From contig JAVJQW010000012.1 of assembly GCA_040218735.1 (NCBI GenBank), forward strand, positions 256,001 through 320,000: a stretch of DNA of 64,000 nt. Direction: 5' to 3'. Source of the DNA: Deltaproteobacteria bacterium. GTDB taxonomy: Bacteria > Myxococcota > Kuafuiibacteriia > Kuafuiibacteriales > Kuafuiibacteriaceae. The notes under the pieces are model-generated. The model did not search any database. It saw only the letters and a program-made list of their open reading frames with translations, and was not told the DNA's origin. Made by a program: the position numbers and the translations under genes. Below are positions 40,443 to 49,300 of the stretch, piece after piece. Every line of letters starts with the position of its first letter. Positions within the stretch are counted from its first letter, which is position 1.

Positions 40443-41783
40443 CTACCCCAGGTCGTCGAGCATCTGCGCCGTGACCGCCGCGAGGTCCTCGGGGACGGGG
40501 GGCACCGCGTACGGACACTTCGGGTCGTGCGCGTACTCGCCGAGGTCGATGCGTTTGCCCGCCTCCAGGTGCCCCGTCTTCTTCGCGACGATGCGCACCA
40601 CCGGGTGCAACGCCAGCTCGGGGTGCGGTTCGAGCACCGCGCCGAACTCCCCGGTGCTGAGCCAGACCCCGTCCCCCGCCTGACACGCCCCCGCGAACCG
40701 CGCGAAGCGCTCCAGCAAGTACGGGTTGAAGCGCGAGCCGATCCGCCCGACGAGGTAGCCGATGACCGCCTTCATCCCGTCGGCGTCGTCGAAGGGCCAA
40801 AGCGTTCGGATGCCGTCGAACGCGTCCGCGATCCGCGTCAACTCGATCGCGAGGAGGCCGGGTTCGTTCTTGGACGGCACGCGGTGGTGCCCCTCCGCGA
40901 CGATCGCCGCGAGCGGATCGTCGCCGCTGGTGTCGAACAACAGGCGCGCCCCCTCCACCGTGTGGCGGTCGAGCAGCGCGCGCTCCTTGTCACTCAGCTC
41001 GTGGTCGCGCGCGAGGATGCCCTCCGCGACGCGAGTCTTTCCGATGTCGTGCATCAGCGCAGCGGTGAGCAGCCGCTCCACTTGCACTTCGGGCAACCCG
41101 AGCGCGCCGGCCTGCGCACCGACGAGCGTGGCGACGTTCACCGAGTGGACCAACGCGAAGTCGTCGCGATCGCGGAGCGCGAGGAGTGTGGCGATCGGTG
41201 CGTCGGCGTCGAGGATGACCTCCTTCAACGCACGGGCGAGCTCACCGACCGCGCCCATGTTCACTTCGCCGCGTTCGTTCGCGCGACGGAACTCGCGATC
41301 GAGGACACGCTTGCCGCGCCAGTAGACGTCGCGAAACGACTCCACCCCCGAGCCGCGCATCAACGCGAGGTGTTTGATGCGGACGTTCTCGACCCCGCGC
41401 TCGCGCAGCCAGGTGTCGGCCTTCATCGCCGCGACGTCCGCGGCGTCGGCGCCGAGGTACGCGAACAACGCGTCGAGCTCCGACTCGTGACAGCCACGCT
41501 TGATGGAGACGATCTCCACGTCGCGTTGCTGGAGCTGCGACACCAAACGCAGCACCGAGGTCGGCGGCTCGCCGATCGGCACGCCCATCACCGCGAGTCC
41601 ATCGCCGAGCAACGCGACGGTGATCTCGTCCTGCGGGATCTGGAGGAACAGCTTCTCGATCGCTTCGTGCAGTCCGGACAGCGTGCGCTCCCACGCCGGC
41701 CCGTTCATGCCGTAGAGGCGACGGCTGTGGTTCGTCCCCGCGAGGCGGATCGCGAACTCGTGGGCGACGTGCGCGCGGATCAT
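40443..41783 (-). CDS. HD-GYP-like phosphohydrolase (HD retained, GYP loop absent)
   Basis: HSVNV, LMHDIGK, HTVEGARLL, GHHR, IADAFD, GSRFNP; C-terminal V.LSTGE.G.V...P.VRI module. Confidence 0.85.
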   Translation of the reverse strand: MIRAHVAHEFAIRLAGTNHSRRLYGMNGPAWERTLSGLHEAIEKLFLQIPQDEITVALLGDGLAVMGVPIGEPPTSVLRLVSQLQQRDVEIVSIKRGCHESELDALFAYLGADAADVAAMKADTWLRERGVENVRIKHLALMRGSGVESFRDVYWRGKRVLDREFRRANERGEVNMGAVGELARALKEVILDADAPIATLLALRDRDDFALVHSVNVATLVGAQAGALGLPEVQVERLLTAALMHDIGKTRVAEGILARDHELSDKERALLDRHTVEGARLLFDTSGDDPLAAIVAEGHHRVPSKNEPGLLAIELTRIADAFDGIRTLWPFDDADGMKAVIGYLVGRIGSRFNPYLLERFARFAGACQAGDGVWLSTGEFGAVLEPHPELALHPVVRIVAKKTGHLEAGKRIDLGEYAHDPKCPYAVPPVPEDLAAVTAQMLDDLG

Positions 41784-43972
41784 CGCGTCCTCCGCCCGTC
41801 GAGCACACGCTCGCAGATCTCGCGGATCGCACGCTTCTTGTGGGACGTCAGCTCTTCGAGCGCCTTCACCGCCCGCGGCGTCCCGTTGGTCAAGAGCGCC
41901 TGCGCGCAGCCCAGCCGCAGCTCTTCGTGTTCCTTGGACTCGATGAGGTGCGTCTCCATCAACAGCTCGACGAGCGGCTTCACCGCGAGCTGCGAGTGCG
42001 TGAGACCCAGCGCGCCGACCGCGGCCATGCGCAGCTTGTGGAGGTAGCGGCGATCGTCCGCCGACTCGAGGTGGAACAACTGGATGGCGTACTTCTCACC
42101 CTTCCACCCGGCGGCGTGCGCGAGCAGCGCGAGCGCCTCGCGCTCCTTGCAATCGACGAGGGTCTTGACCGCGACCTCCTTCGCTCGCACGGCGCCGTTC
42201 TTCATCGTGATCTTCGCGAGCTTCACGGCGGTGGCCGCGTTGGCCTTCAGCGCCGCGCGGAGGATGTGATTCACTCGGAGCGGATCCACGTTGGCGATGC
42301 GCTCGGAGCCCAGCCGATACAGCGTCCCCGGATCGAACTGCCCGAGTCGGTCGATCAGCGCCTCCTGCAGGCGCCGGTCCGTCGCCCCCTCCAGCGCAGA
42401 GAGGAGGAGCTCACCCATCATCCGGCTCTGACCCGAGTTGCGCTCCAGGAGCTGCATCGACCACTTCCGACCGCGCTCCGTGCCGAGGATCCCCCGGACG
42501 TGCTCCTCGAGCGCCTCCGCGCGCTCGCCGTCCGCGCGTTTCATCATCGCGAGGAGGAGCTTCAGGCACTGGTCGTTGGCGGCCTGTGTGTCGAGGCGAT
42601 CGAGCATCGCCGTGCAGCGCAGGACGAACGCCTCGCTCAGCGCTCCGGGCTCCTCCAGCACCGCGATGAGGACACGCATCGCAAACGTCTCCTCCACGGC
42701 ATCCGCGCGGGTGTGCAGGATGTCTTGCCCGTCGACCTTGGAGAGCTGATCGCGCATCCGCGCGACCGCGTACTGCGCGAGCTCCTCCTTCGACTCCGCG
42801 ACGTTCATCTGCAGCATGCCGAGCGCGCGATCGTCGAACGCACGAGACTGCATCTCCTGCCAGAGCACGCCGTCGATGCGTTTGCCCTTCTTCTCCAGCG
42901 ACCCGTCGATCTGATCCAGCAGCTTGCGGCGCTCGGACTCGACCGGCCTCAAGCGCCGCAACACGTTGCCGATCGCCCGGACAGCTTCGGAGTCTCCGCC
43001 GTCCTTCAGGAGCGCCGACGCCATCGTCGCGACGAGCATCCGGTCGTCGACACGGCCGGCGAGCTCGGCGACGGCCGCCTCCTGCTCCGGCGAGCCCGGC
43101 TCCTCACCGCCCGCGAGCCTCCGCAGGAGCGCGAAGCGTGCGTCGGGCGCGAGGCGGACCAAGGCCCCCGCGAGCAGGTCCGCGCTCTGGCCGATCTCCT
43201 CGACGTTGGCCCCCCGCCGCAGCGCCCCCTGGTTGCGCAAGTAGGCTTGCGCCGCGTAGTCGGCGAGGTCGTCGCCGGTGATCAGTCCGAAGGCGCCGCC
43301 GGCCCCGTCGCCGCCCACGACGGTCCCGGACTCGCCGCTGTCGAGCAGGTCGTCAAGGAACGCGCCGAGGGACTCGACGCTCCCGAGGTGTTCGAGGCTG
43401 ACCGCGAGCTGGTCACCGACCGCCCCGCCCTCGCGCTCGAAACGAAGCACCTCCTCCAGCGCGACGAGCGCCACCGGATCCCCGCCGACGAGCGGCGCGA
43501 GATCCGCGGTGTCGGACGCAAACAGCGTAGCGAAGTCGACCTCGACCGCGCGCACGCCGACCGCGTTCTCCTGCTGGAGCAACGCCGCGACCCCACCCGC
43601 GTGACGTATGCGATCCTCCTTCTCCGCGAGCGCGCGCATCAACGCGCTGAGGCTCGGCTCGTCGACGTGTTCGTCGATGCGCACCGCAACGACGCTCCGC
43701 TCGAACATCCGCTCCGCGAGCGCGCGCGACGGCGGGTCGTCGAGCGAGAAGCCCTCGCGGTCCACCACGAGATGCCTCCCTCCGCAGCCGAGCGTCACGG
43801 AGTCCTCCAGCTCGAACGCGCGCATCAACGCCTGATGCGCTTCGCGCCGGGTCGACTCGAACACCGGGTGCGTCGCGTCGTAGTACCCCATCGCGCGAAT
43901 CGCGCGCGCAAACGCACGCACGACGTCGAGGAGCAACGCCGCCTGCGGCGTCATGAGGTCGTCTAGGTCCAC
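41780..43972 (-). CDS. Large helical protein with C-terminal HEAT/PBS-like repeats
   Basis: N-terminal FARAIRAMGYYDATHP; C-terminal LRMAAVGALG...LRLGCAQAL...RAIREICERVL. Confidence 0.75.
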   Translation of the reverse strand: MDLDDLMTPQAALLLDVVRAFARAIRAMGYYDATHPVFESTRREAHQALMRAFELEDSVTLGCGGRHLVVDREGFSLDDPPSRALAERMFERSVVAVRIDEHVDEPSLSALMRALAEKEDRIRHAGGVAALLQQENAVGVRAVEVDFATLFASDTADLAPLVGGDPVALVALEEVLRFEREGGAVGDQLAVSLEHLGSVESLGAFLDDLLDSGESGTVVGGDGAGGAFGLITGDDLADYAAQAYLRNQGALRRGANVEEIGQSADLLAGALVRLAPDARFALLRRLAGGEEPGSPEQEAAVAELAGRVDDRMLVATMASALLKDGGDSEAVRAIGNVLRRLRPVESERRKLLDQIDGSLEKKGKRIDGVLWQEMQSRAFDDRALGMLQMNVAESKEELAQYAVARMRDQLSKVDGQDILHTRADAVEETFAMRVLIAVLEEPGALSEAFVLRCTAMLDRLDTQAANDQCLKLLLAMMKRADGERAEALEEHVRGILGTERGRKWSMQLLERNSGQSRMMGELLLSALEGATDRRLQEALIDRLGQFDPGTLYRLGSERIANVDPLRVNHILRAALKANAATAVKLAKITMKNGAVRAKEVAVKTLVDCKEREALALLAHAAGWKGEKYAIQLFHLESADDRRYLHKLRMAAVGALGLTHSQLAVKPLVELLMETHLIESKEHEELRLGCAQALLTNGTPRAVKALEELTSHKKRAIREICERVLDGRRTR

Positions 43973-46146
43973 GATCCGATCGCCTCGATGATGTTGGTGA
44001 ACCGTTTACTGCTCTTGCCGATCAGCTCGAAGTACGGGTGCCCGGCCAAGGCCCGCAGGACGAGCCGCAGCTCACCCGACGGTGACCGGAGCACGACGAA
44101 GCGCTCCCCCGTCGCGCCGCGCCGTTTGAGCTGGCGGGCCGACAGCTCGACCGACACCCGCTCCAGCATCCCGCGCCGATTGCGCGCGTAGGCGTCGAGC
44201 GCGGACGAGGTCACCAGGACGCCGCCGTTGTGCACGAGTCCGCCGTCGCCGACCTCCACCGTGAACCCGGTGTCGAGCATGGCCGGTGCCCCCTTCCGAC
44301 GCATCGTCGCCTCGCTCGCTTCGAGCAGCGCGGGCGCGTACCAGGCGTCGTCGTCCTCGGTGCCGGTCGCGCCCCACGCGACACACGCGTTCACGATCGG
44401 GAGCGGCGGATCCAAGGCGTTGGCCTCCGCGGTCAGCATCTGGAGGCGGTCCTCGATCACGAGGCGCCCGTGCATCGTCTCTTCGTCGGAGAACGAGCGC
44501 TCGGCTTCGTCTGAGAGCTCTTGGAGCCGACGCGTGAGCTCGACCCGTTCCTCCTCGATCTCCGCGAGCCGCGAGGAGCGTCCGCCGAGCGCGTCGTGGG
44601 TGGAGCGGCCGAACGTCTCCTCGATGCGCGTAAGCACCGCTTCGTCGAGCGCCTCCGCCAACGCGACGATGCCGACCACGTCGCCCGCGTACGCGATGCC
44701 GCGCTGGTGGCACTCGACGCACCGCAGATCGCGGCCGGCCGCGCCGATGCGCATCTGTAGCTCGGTGGCGGGGCGGTGCACGTGGCGCTGGAGGATCTGC
44801 TGGATCGATCGCGGACCCGAGCTCGCGACGCGTGCGACGAGGTCGGTGGTGTCGACATAGAGCACCGCCTCGGTCGTCGACGACGGCAGGACGAAGAGCG
44901 GACCTTCGTCGACCGCGACGCGGTAGTGCGCGCCGCGCTCGTACGCCTCGCGGTCGTCGTCGACCTCCAGAAGAGGCGCGCGGATCGTCGTGCCGAGGTG
45001 CGCCGTGTGCCGGTCGAGCATCATCGCGACGGCGCCGCGGGCGGCGAGCGTCGCGCGTTCGGCGACGTCGCCGTGGACCCCGAGCGGACGCGCTTCGCCG
45101 CGCTCCACCTCGGGGACGCCATTCAGCAACTTCATCGCAGCGTCGCGCGCGCGCGGCTCCCCGATCGGTGCTTCGCTCAGCCACGCGAGGAACCGGCGAC
45201 GGCGCGGTTCGTTGAACACCACCTGCGTGAGGTTCTTCTCGCTCGCGAGCGCCTCTTCGAGCGGCACCAGCTCGCGCCCCGGAGCGAGGCTCTTGAAGTA
45301 CGCGAGCAGCAGCGCGTCGTGTACGAGCTCCAGCAGCGTCGCCGAGAGCAAGGCGCGGCGCGTCTGCTCGTCGACGACCAACCGGCGCGCGAGCGTCGAC
45401 ACGACGCGCTCCAGATCGATGATCTCCAGCGGCGGCACCAACACCCGCCGCGCGAGCCGCGTCGCCACCGGGTGCGTGCGGTAGGCGGAGAGCGGGCGAC
45501 GCTCGAACGCGGTCGCGTCCGCCCCCAACGTGAGCGCGCTGGTCGTCACGCTGGTCTGCAGCGCGAGGCGCATCGGGACGTCGTCCTTCACGCGGTCCGT
45601 GTTGACGATCGCCTCCATCGCGAGTTCGAGCGCCGCGGCGGTCCACGCCCGCTGCGCCTCGGACGCACCGCGACGGTCCAACAGATCACGGAGCCGCGAC
45701 GCCAACACCACGTGCACGAGGTATGCGGTCTCGAGGCCGCCCTCGCCGCGCCCGACCTCCTCGAGGCCCTTCGTCTGAACGTCCGCGACCACCGAGAGCC
45801 AAGACGCCGCCGCCTTGTCGAGCCACTGCGCGACGGCGCGGGGCGCGATGTCGGCGTCGAGCTGTGCGAGGCGAATCGCGCGACGGAGCTGGTCGTCCGG
45901 CACAGCGCGCGGGTGGAGATCCCCCCTCGGACCCGGGAGGAGGTCGTCCAGTCGGTCGGTCAGCTCCGCGTCGAACGCGTAGGGGACGACGGTGCGCGCG
46001 CCGCGATCCCCGGCCGCGAGGCGGAGACGCTCCGGCGGGAGCGCGAGGAGCCGCGCGTAGGAGAATCGCCCCTGACGGCATGCGGCGAAGCAGCGTTGGT
46101 ACAGATCGAGCCGCCATCTCAGCTCGCCGGGTACGGACGTCTGCAT
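43963..46146 (-). CDS. Hypothetical protein with a putative degenerate class III nucleotidyl-cyclase-like C-terminal region
   Basis: 727-aa ORF with a protein-like composition; AVLYVD, a coiled-coil insert, NACVAWG, YAPALLEAS and GGVLVT occur in cyclase-like order. The fold call is inference. Confidence 0.6.
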   Translation of the reverse strand: MQTSVPGELRWRLDLYQRCFAACRQGRFSYARLLALPPERLRLAAGDRGARTVVPYAFDAELTDRLDDLLPGPRGDLHPRAVPDDQLRRAIRLAQLDADIAPRAVAQWLDKAAASWLSVVADVQTKGLEEVGRGEGGLETAYLVHVVLASRLRDLLDRRGASEAQRAWTAAALELAMEAIVNTDRVKDDVPMRLALQTSVTTSALTLGADATAFERRPLSAYRTHPVATRLARRVLVPPLEIIDLERVVSTLARRLVVDEQTRRALLSATLLELVHDALLLAYFKSLAPGRELVPLEEALASEKNLTQVVFNEPRRRRFLAWLSEAPIGEPRARDAAMKLLNGVPEVERGEARPLGVHGDVAERATLAARGAVAMMLDRHTAHLGTTIRAPLLEVDDDREAYERGAHYRVAVDEGPLFVLPSSTTEAVLYVDTTDLVARVASSGPRSIQQILQRHVHRPATELQMRIGAAGRDLRCVECHQRGIAYAGDVVGIVALAEALDEAVLTRIEETFGRSTHDALGGRSSRLAEIEEERVELTRRLQELSDEAERSFSDEETMHGRLVIEDRLQMLTAEANALDPPLPIVNACVAWGATGTEDDDAWYAPALLEASEATMRRKGAPAMLDTGFTVEVGDGGLVHNGGVLVTSSALDAYARNRRGMLERVSVELSARQLKRRGATGERFVVLRSPSGELRLVLRALAGHPYFELIGKSSKRFTNIIEAIGSWT

Positions 46147-46213
46147 CGAGCCCGGGCGAGAGGATAGCCGATCGCTCGCACGCGGTCACAACGACGCGGT
46201 ACAGTCCGGCGCC

Positions 46214-47422
46214 ATGGCGAACCCCTTCGGCCTGATCGACCCGTCCCGCTTCGGGCAGCTCGAACCCGTGGCCGACGGGCTCGCGATGATTCACGGCTTC
46301 GCCAACGTCGGCCTGGTCTACGGGCGGGGCGCCGCCCTCGTCGTCGACGTGAGCGCACGGATGCTCGCGTCGGCCGCCATCGAAGCCCTGCGCCGGGCCA
46401 CGGACGAACCCGTAGGCGCCATCGTCTACACCCACGGACATGTGGACCACACCAGCGGCGCGGAGCTGTTCCTCGCAGACGCGGAGCAACGCGGACACGC
46501 CCGCCCCACGGTCTGGGCCCACGCCCTCGTCCAGTCACGGTTCGACCGCTACGCGAAGACCTGGGGCTGGAACAACGAGGTGAACCGACGCCAGTTCGGG
46601 ATGCCGCCCGGCACCGAGCTGTTCCCGAAGTCGTTCGTGCCGCCGGACGAGACGTACGAGGAGGAGACCGCATTCGACCTCGCGGGGGAGCGCGTCGAGC
46701 TGTACCACGCTCGCGCCGAGACGGACGACGCGACCTGGGTGTGGCTCCCGGAGCGCCGCGCCGCGCTCGTCGGCGACCTGATCGTGCACTCCATGCCGAA
46801 CACCGGGAACCCGAACAAACCGCAGCGCTACACGCTCGGGTGGGCCGAGGCGCTCGAACGGATCCGCGACATGAACCCGGCCCACGTCATCCCCGGGCAC
46901 GGCAACCCGATCGCCGGCGACCACGCGCTGACGGTGCTCGACGACACCGCGCGTGCGCTCCGGTTCCTCCACGACGCGGTGGTCGAACGGATGAACGAGG
47001 GCAAGTGGCCGCAGCAGATCGTGGACGAAGGCATCACGCTGCCGGACGACCTCGCGAACGCACCGCACCTCGCGCCGATCTACGGGTGCGCGGCGTTCGT
47101 GGTGCGTGACGTGCTCCGCTGCTACGCGGGGTGGTGGAACGGCGATCCGGCGGAGCTGCTCCCCGCGCCGCGTGCGCAGGTCGCAGCGGATCTGCTCGCG
47201 CTGATGGATCGCGACGCGGTGGTCGCGCGGATCGAGGCGTTGAAGACGAGCGGCGAATTGCGACGCGCGCTGCACCTCGTGATGACGCTCGTCGACGCCG
47301 CGCCCGACGACGACGACGCGCGGCGCCTCGCGGTGTCGGTGCTCGAGGCGGCCGCGGAGAACGAGCCGAGCTTCATCGCGCGTAACTTCTACTCCGCGGC
47401 GGCGACGCGCTTTTCGACATGA
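46214..47422 (+). CDS. Alkyl/aryl sulfatase (MBL fold with dimerisation domain)
   Basis: YTHGHVDH, RAETDD, VGDL..PNTGNP, IPGHG, YAGWWNGDPAEL. Confidence 0.88.
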   Translation: MANPFGLIDPSRFGQLEPVADGLAMIHGFANVGLVYGRGAALVVDVSARMLASAAIEALRRATDEPVGAIVYTHGHVDHTSGAELFLADAEQRGHARPTVWAHALVQSRFDRYAKTWGWNNEVNRRQFGMPPGTELFPKSFVPPDETYEEETAFDLAGERVELYHARAETDDATWVWLPERRAALVGDLIVHSMPNTGNPNKPQRYTLGWAEALERIRDMNPAHVIPGHGNPIAGDHALTVLDDTARALRFLHDAVVERMNEGKWPQQIVDEGITLPDDLANAPHLAPIYGCAAFVVRDVLRCYAGWWNGDPAELLPAPRAQVAADLLALMDRDAVVARIEALKTSGELRRALHLVMTLVDAAPDDDDARRLAVSVLEAAAENEPSFIARNFYSAAATRFST

Positions 47423-48249
47423 TCGCGCTGAACCTCGGTGGCCTCGACATCCGGGCCTATTCGGTCGGCGGGGTGGAGACGTGTTTCGTGCTCCCGCGCT
47501 ACGACGTGTGCCTCGACATCGGCCGCTGCCCGCGCGGCGCCGAGCGTCAGGGGCACCTGCTCCTGACCCACGCGCACATCGATCACGCCGCCGGGTTGCC
47601 GTACTACGTTTCGCTGCGGGCGCTGATGTCGATGAAGCCGCCGCGCGTCGCGTGCCCGGAGGCCTCCGCGGAGACGCTGAAGACGATCCTCGACACGTGG
47701 GCGACGCTCCAGGCCGATTCGGATCGGCTGCACCTCGTCGCGGTGAAGCCGGGGGACCGCATCCCGCTGAAACACGGCGCGTACGCGGTCGCGTACCGGT
47801 CGCCGCACCGCATCGCGTGTGTCGGCTACACGATCTACTCCACGAAGAAGAAGCTGAAGGACGAGCTCACAGGGCTGCCGGGTGAAGAGATCGCGAAGCG
47901 CGCGCGCGCCGGTGAAGAGGTCAACACGGTGACCGAGTCGGCGGAGGTCTCGTTCCCCGGCGACACACGCATCGAGGTCGTCGAGACGGAGCCCAGCGTG
48001 CGGACCGCGAAGGTGTTGATCCTGGAGTCGACGTTCGTGGGTGATTCGATCGCACCGGAGAAGGCGAAGCGCACCGGGCACGTCCACCTCGATCAGATCG
48101 CGGAGCGCGCCGACCTCTTCGAAAACGAGCACATCCTCCTCACGCACTTCTCGAGGAGACACTCGGCGGCGCAGATCCACGACGAGGCGAAGAAGAAGCT
48201 CCCGCCGCACCTGTACGAGCGCGTGACGTTACTCGTTCACGAAGGGTGA
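47419..48249 (+). CDS. MBL-fold hydrolase, short RNase Z (TM-type tRNase Z)-like
   Basis: YSVGGVET, THAHIDHAAG, flexible arm KKKLKDELTGLPGEEI, PGDT, ESTF, GHVH, THFSRRH. Confidence 0.8.
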   Translation: MIALNLGGLDIRAYSVGGVETCFVLPRYDVCLDIGRCPRGAERQGHLLLTHAHIDHAAGLPYYVSLRALMSMKPPRVACPEASAETLKTILDTWATLQADSDRLHLVAVKPGDRIPLKHGAYAVAYRSPHRIACVGYTIYSTKKKLKDELTGLPGEEIAKRARAGEEVNTVTESAEVSFPGDTRIEVVETEPSVRTAKVLILESTFVGDSIAPEKAKRTGHVHLDQIAERADLFENEHILLTHFSRRHSAAQIHDEAKKKLPPHLYERVTLLVHEG

Positions 48250-48858
48250 GCCCGCTTCGAGCGCGGCGAGCTCCGGCTCGACCTTCTCTTCGTAGCAGCT
48301 CGGGCAGATGCCGTGAGAGAAACGCACCGTGGTGCGCTCCGTGAAATAACGTTCGACCTGCTGCCAGTAGTCGCCGTCCGAGCGCACCTTCTTGCAGTAG
48401 CTACAGATCGGGAGGAGGTTTTCGAGCTCGTGCACCTTCGCGAGCGCGGACTCGAGCTCGTCGACGCGTAGCTCGAGGTCCATCTGCAGCCGAACGATGC
48501 GCGTCGCGGCGCGGAGGCGGGCTTCGAGCTCGTGGGGGGTGAAGGGCTTCTCGATGTAGTCGTCGGCGCCGGCGCCGAGGCCTTCGACGACGTTTTCGTC
48601 GCGCTGCTTGGCGGTGAGGAGGATGATGTACGTGACGCGGTTCGGGGAGGCGCGGCGGAGCTTGCGGCAGATGTCGACGCCCGCGAGGCCCGGCATCATC
48701 CAGTCGAGGATCATGAGGTTCGGGGCGTCGTCGGCGCGCGCGGCTTCCCAGGCCTCCGTGCCGGAGGCGTACAGCTCGGGGGCGTAACCCCAGACCGTCA
48801 GCGCAGACGCGATGAGGTGGCGCTGAACGGGATCGTCTTCGGCGACGAGGACACGCAA
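48229..48858 (-). CDS. Response regulator with a C-terminal Cys/His (putative Zn-binding) output domain
   Basis: VLVAEDD, ILDWMMPG, LLTAK, GADDYIEKPF; LPICSYCKKVR...W...FSHGICPSC; TTG start at 48858 inferred. Confidence 0.9.
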   Translation of the reverse strand: MRVLVAEDDPVQRHLIASALTVWGYAPELYASGTEAWEAARADDAPNLMILDWMMPGLAGVDICRKLRRASPNRVTYIILLTAKQRDENVVEGLGAGADDYIEKPFTPHELEARLRAATRIVRLQMDLELRVDELESALAKVHELENLLPICSYCKKVRSDGDYWQQVERYFTERTTVRFSHGICPSCYEEKVEPELAALEAGSPFVNE

Positions 48859-48925
48859 GGCGACCCGAATTGTACGCGCCCACCGACGTTTTGGTACGGA
48901 GAATCTCTTGCTAACGTCTGAGTGA

Positions 48926-49300
48926 ATGCCCGCCCCGGGGATCATCGACATCGAGCGTATCGAATCGCTCCGGTCCATCGGCGACGGCAATCTGTCCGGG
49001 CTCATCGAGGAGCTCACCACCCTCTTCCGCGACACCCGCGCCGAGTACATCGGAGCCGTCGAAGCAGCGATCGCGGCGAAGGACGCGGAGGCGGTGGGCA
49101 TCGCGATCCACACGTTCAAGGCGTCGTCCCGATCACTCGGCGCACTCCGCGTGGTGCAACGCTGCGCCCAGATCGAGGAGGCGGCGCGCGAGGGTGATCT
49201 CGATCGCGCCGAGCGGCTCCTCGCGGACCTGGGTCCGGTCATCGGCGAGGCCACCGAAGCGCTCTTCTCGCTGGCCGCGAGCGGCGAGCTCGACGGTTGA
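48926..49300 (+). CDS. Stand-alone Hpt (histidine phosphotransfer) protein
   Basis: IHTFKASSRSLGA...CAQIE motif. Confidence 0.85.
   Translation: MPAPGIIDIERIESLRSIGDGNLSGLIEELTTLFRDTRAEYIGAVEAAIAAKDAEAVGIAIHTFKASSRSLGALRVVQRCAQIEEAAREGDLDRAERLLADLGPVIGEATEALFSLAASGELDG

Noticed and set aside
34645-46146. CBASS/Pycsar-type defence system (cyclase plus cNMP effector)
   Set aside because: The cyclase-like protein lacks catalytic residues, the cNMP domains lack the binding cassette and an effector domain, the two operons are convergent, and base composition looks native.
48893-48913. Sigma54 promoter TGGTACGG...TTGCT upstream of the Hpt gene
   Set aside because: The GG-to-GC spacing is 15 nt rather than the required 10.
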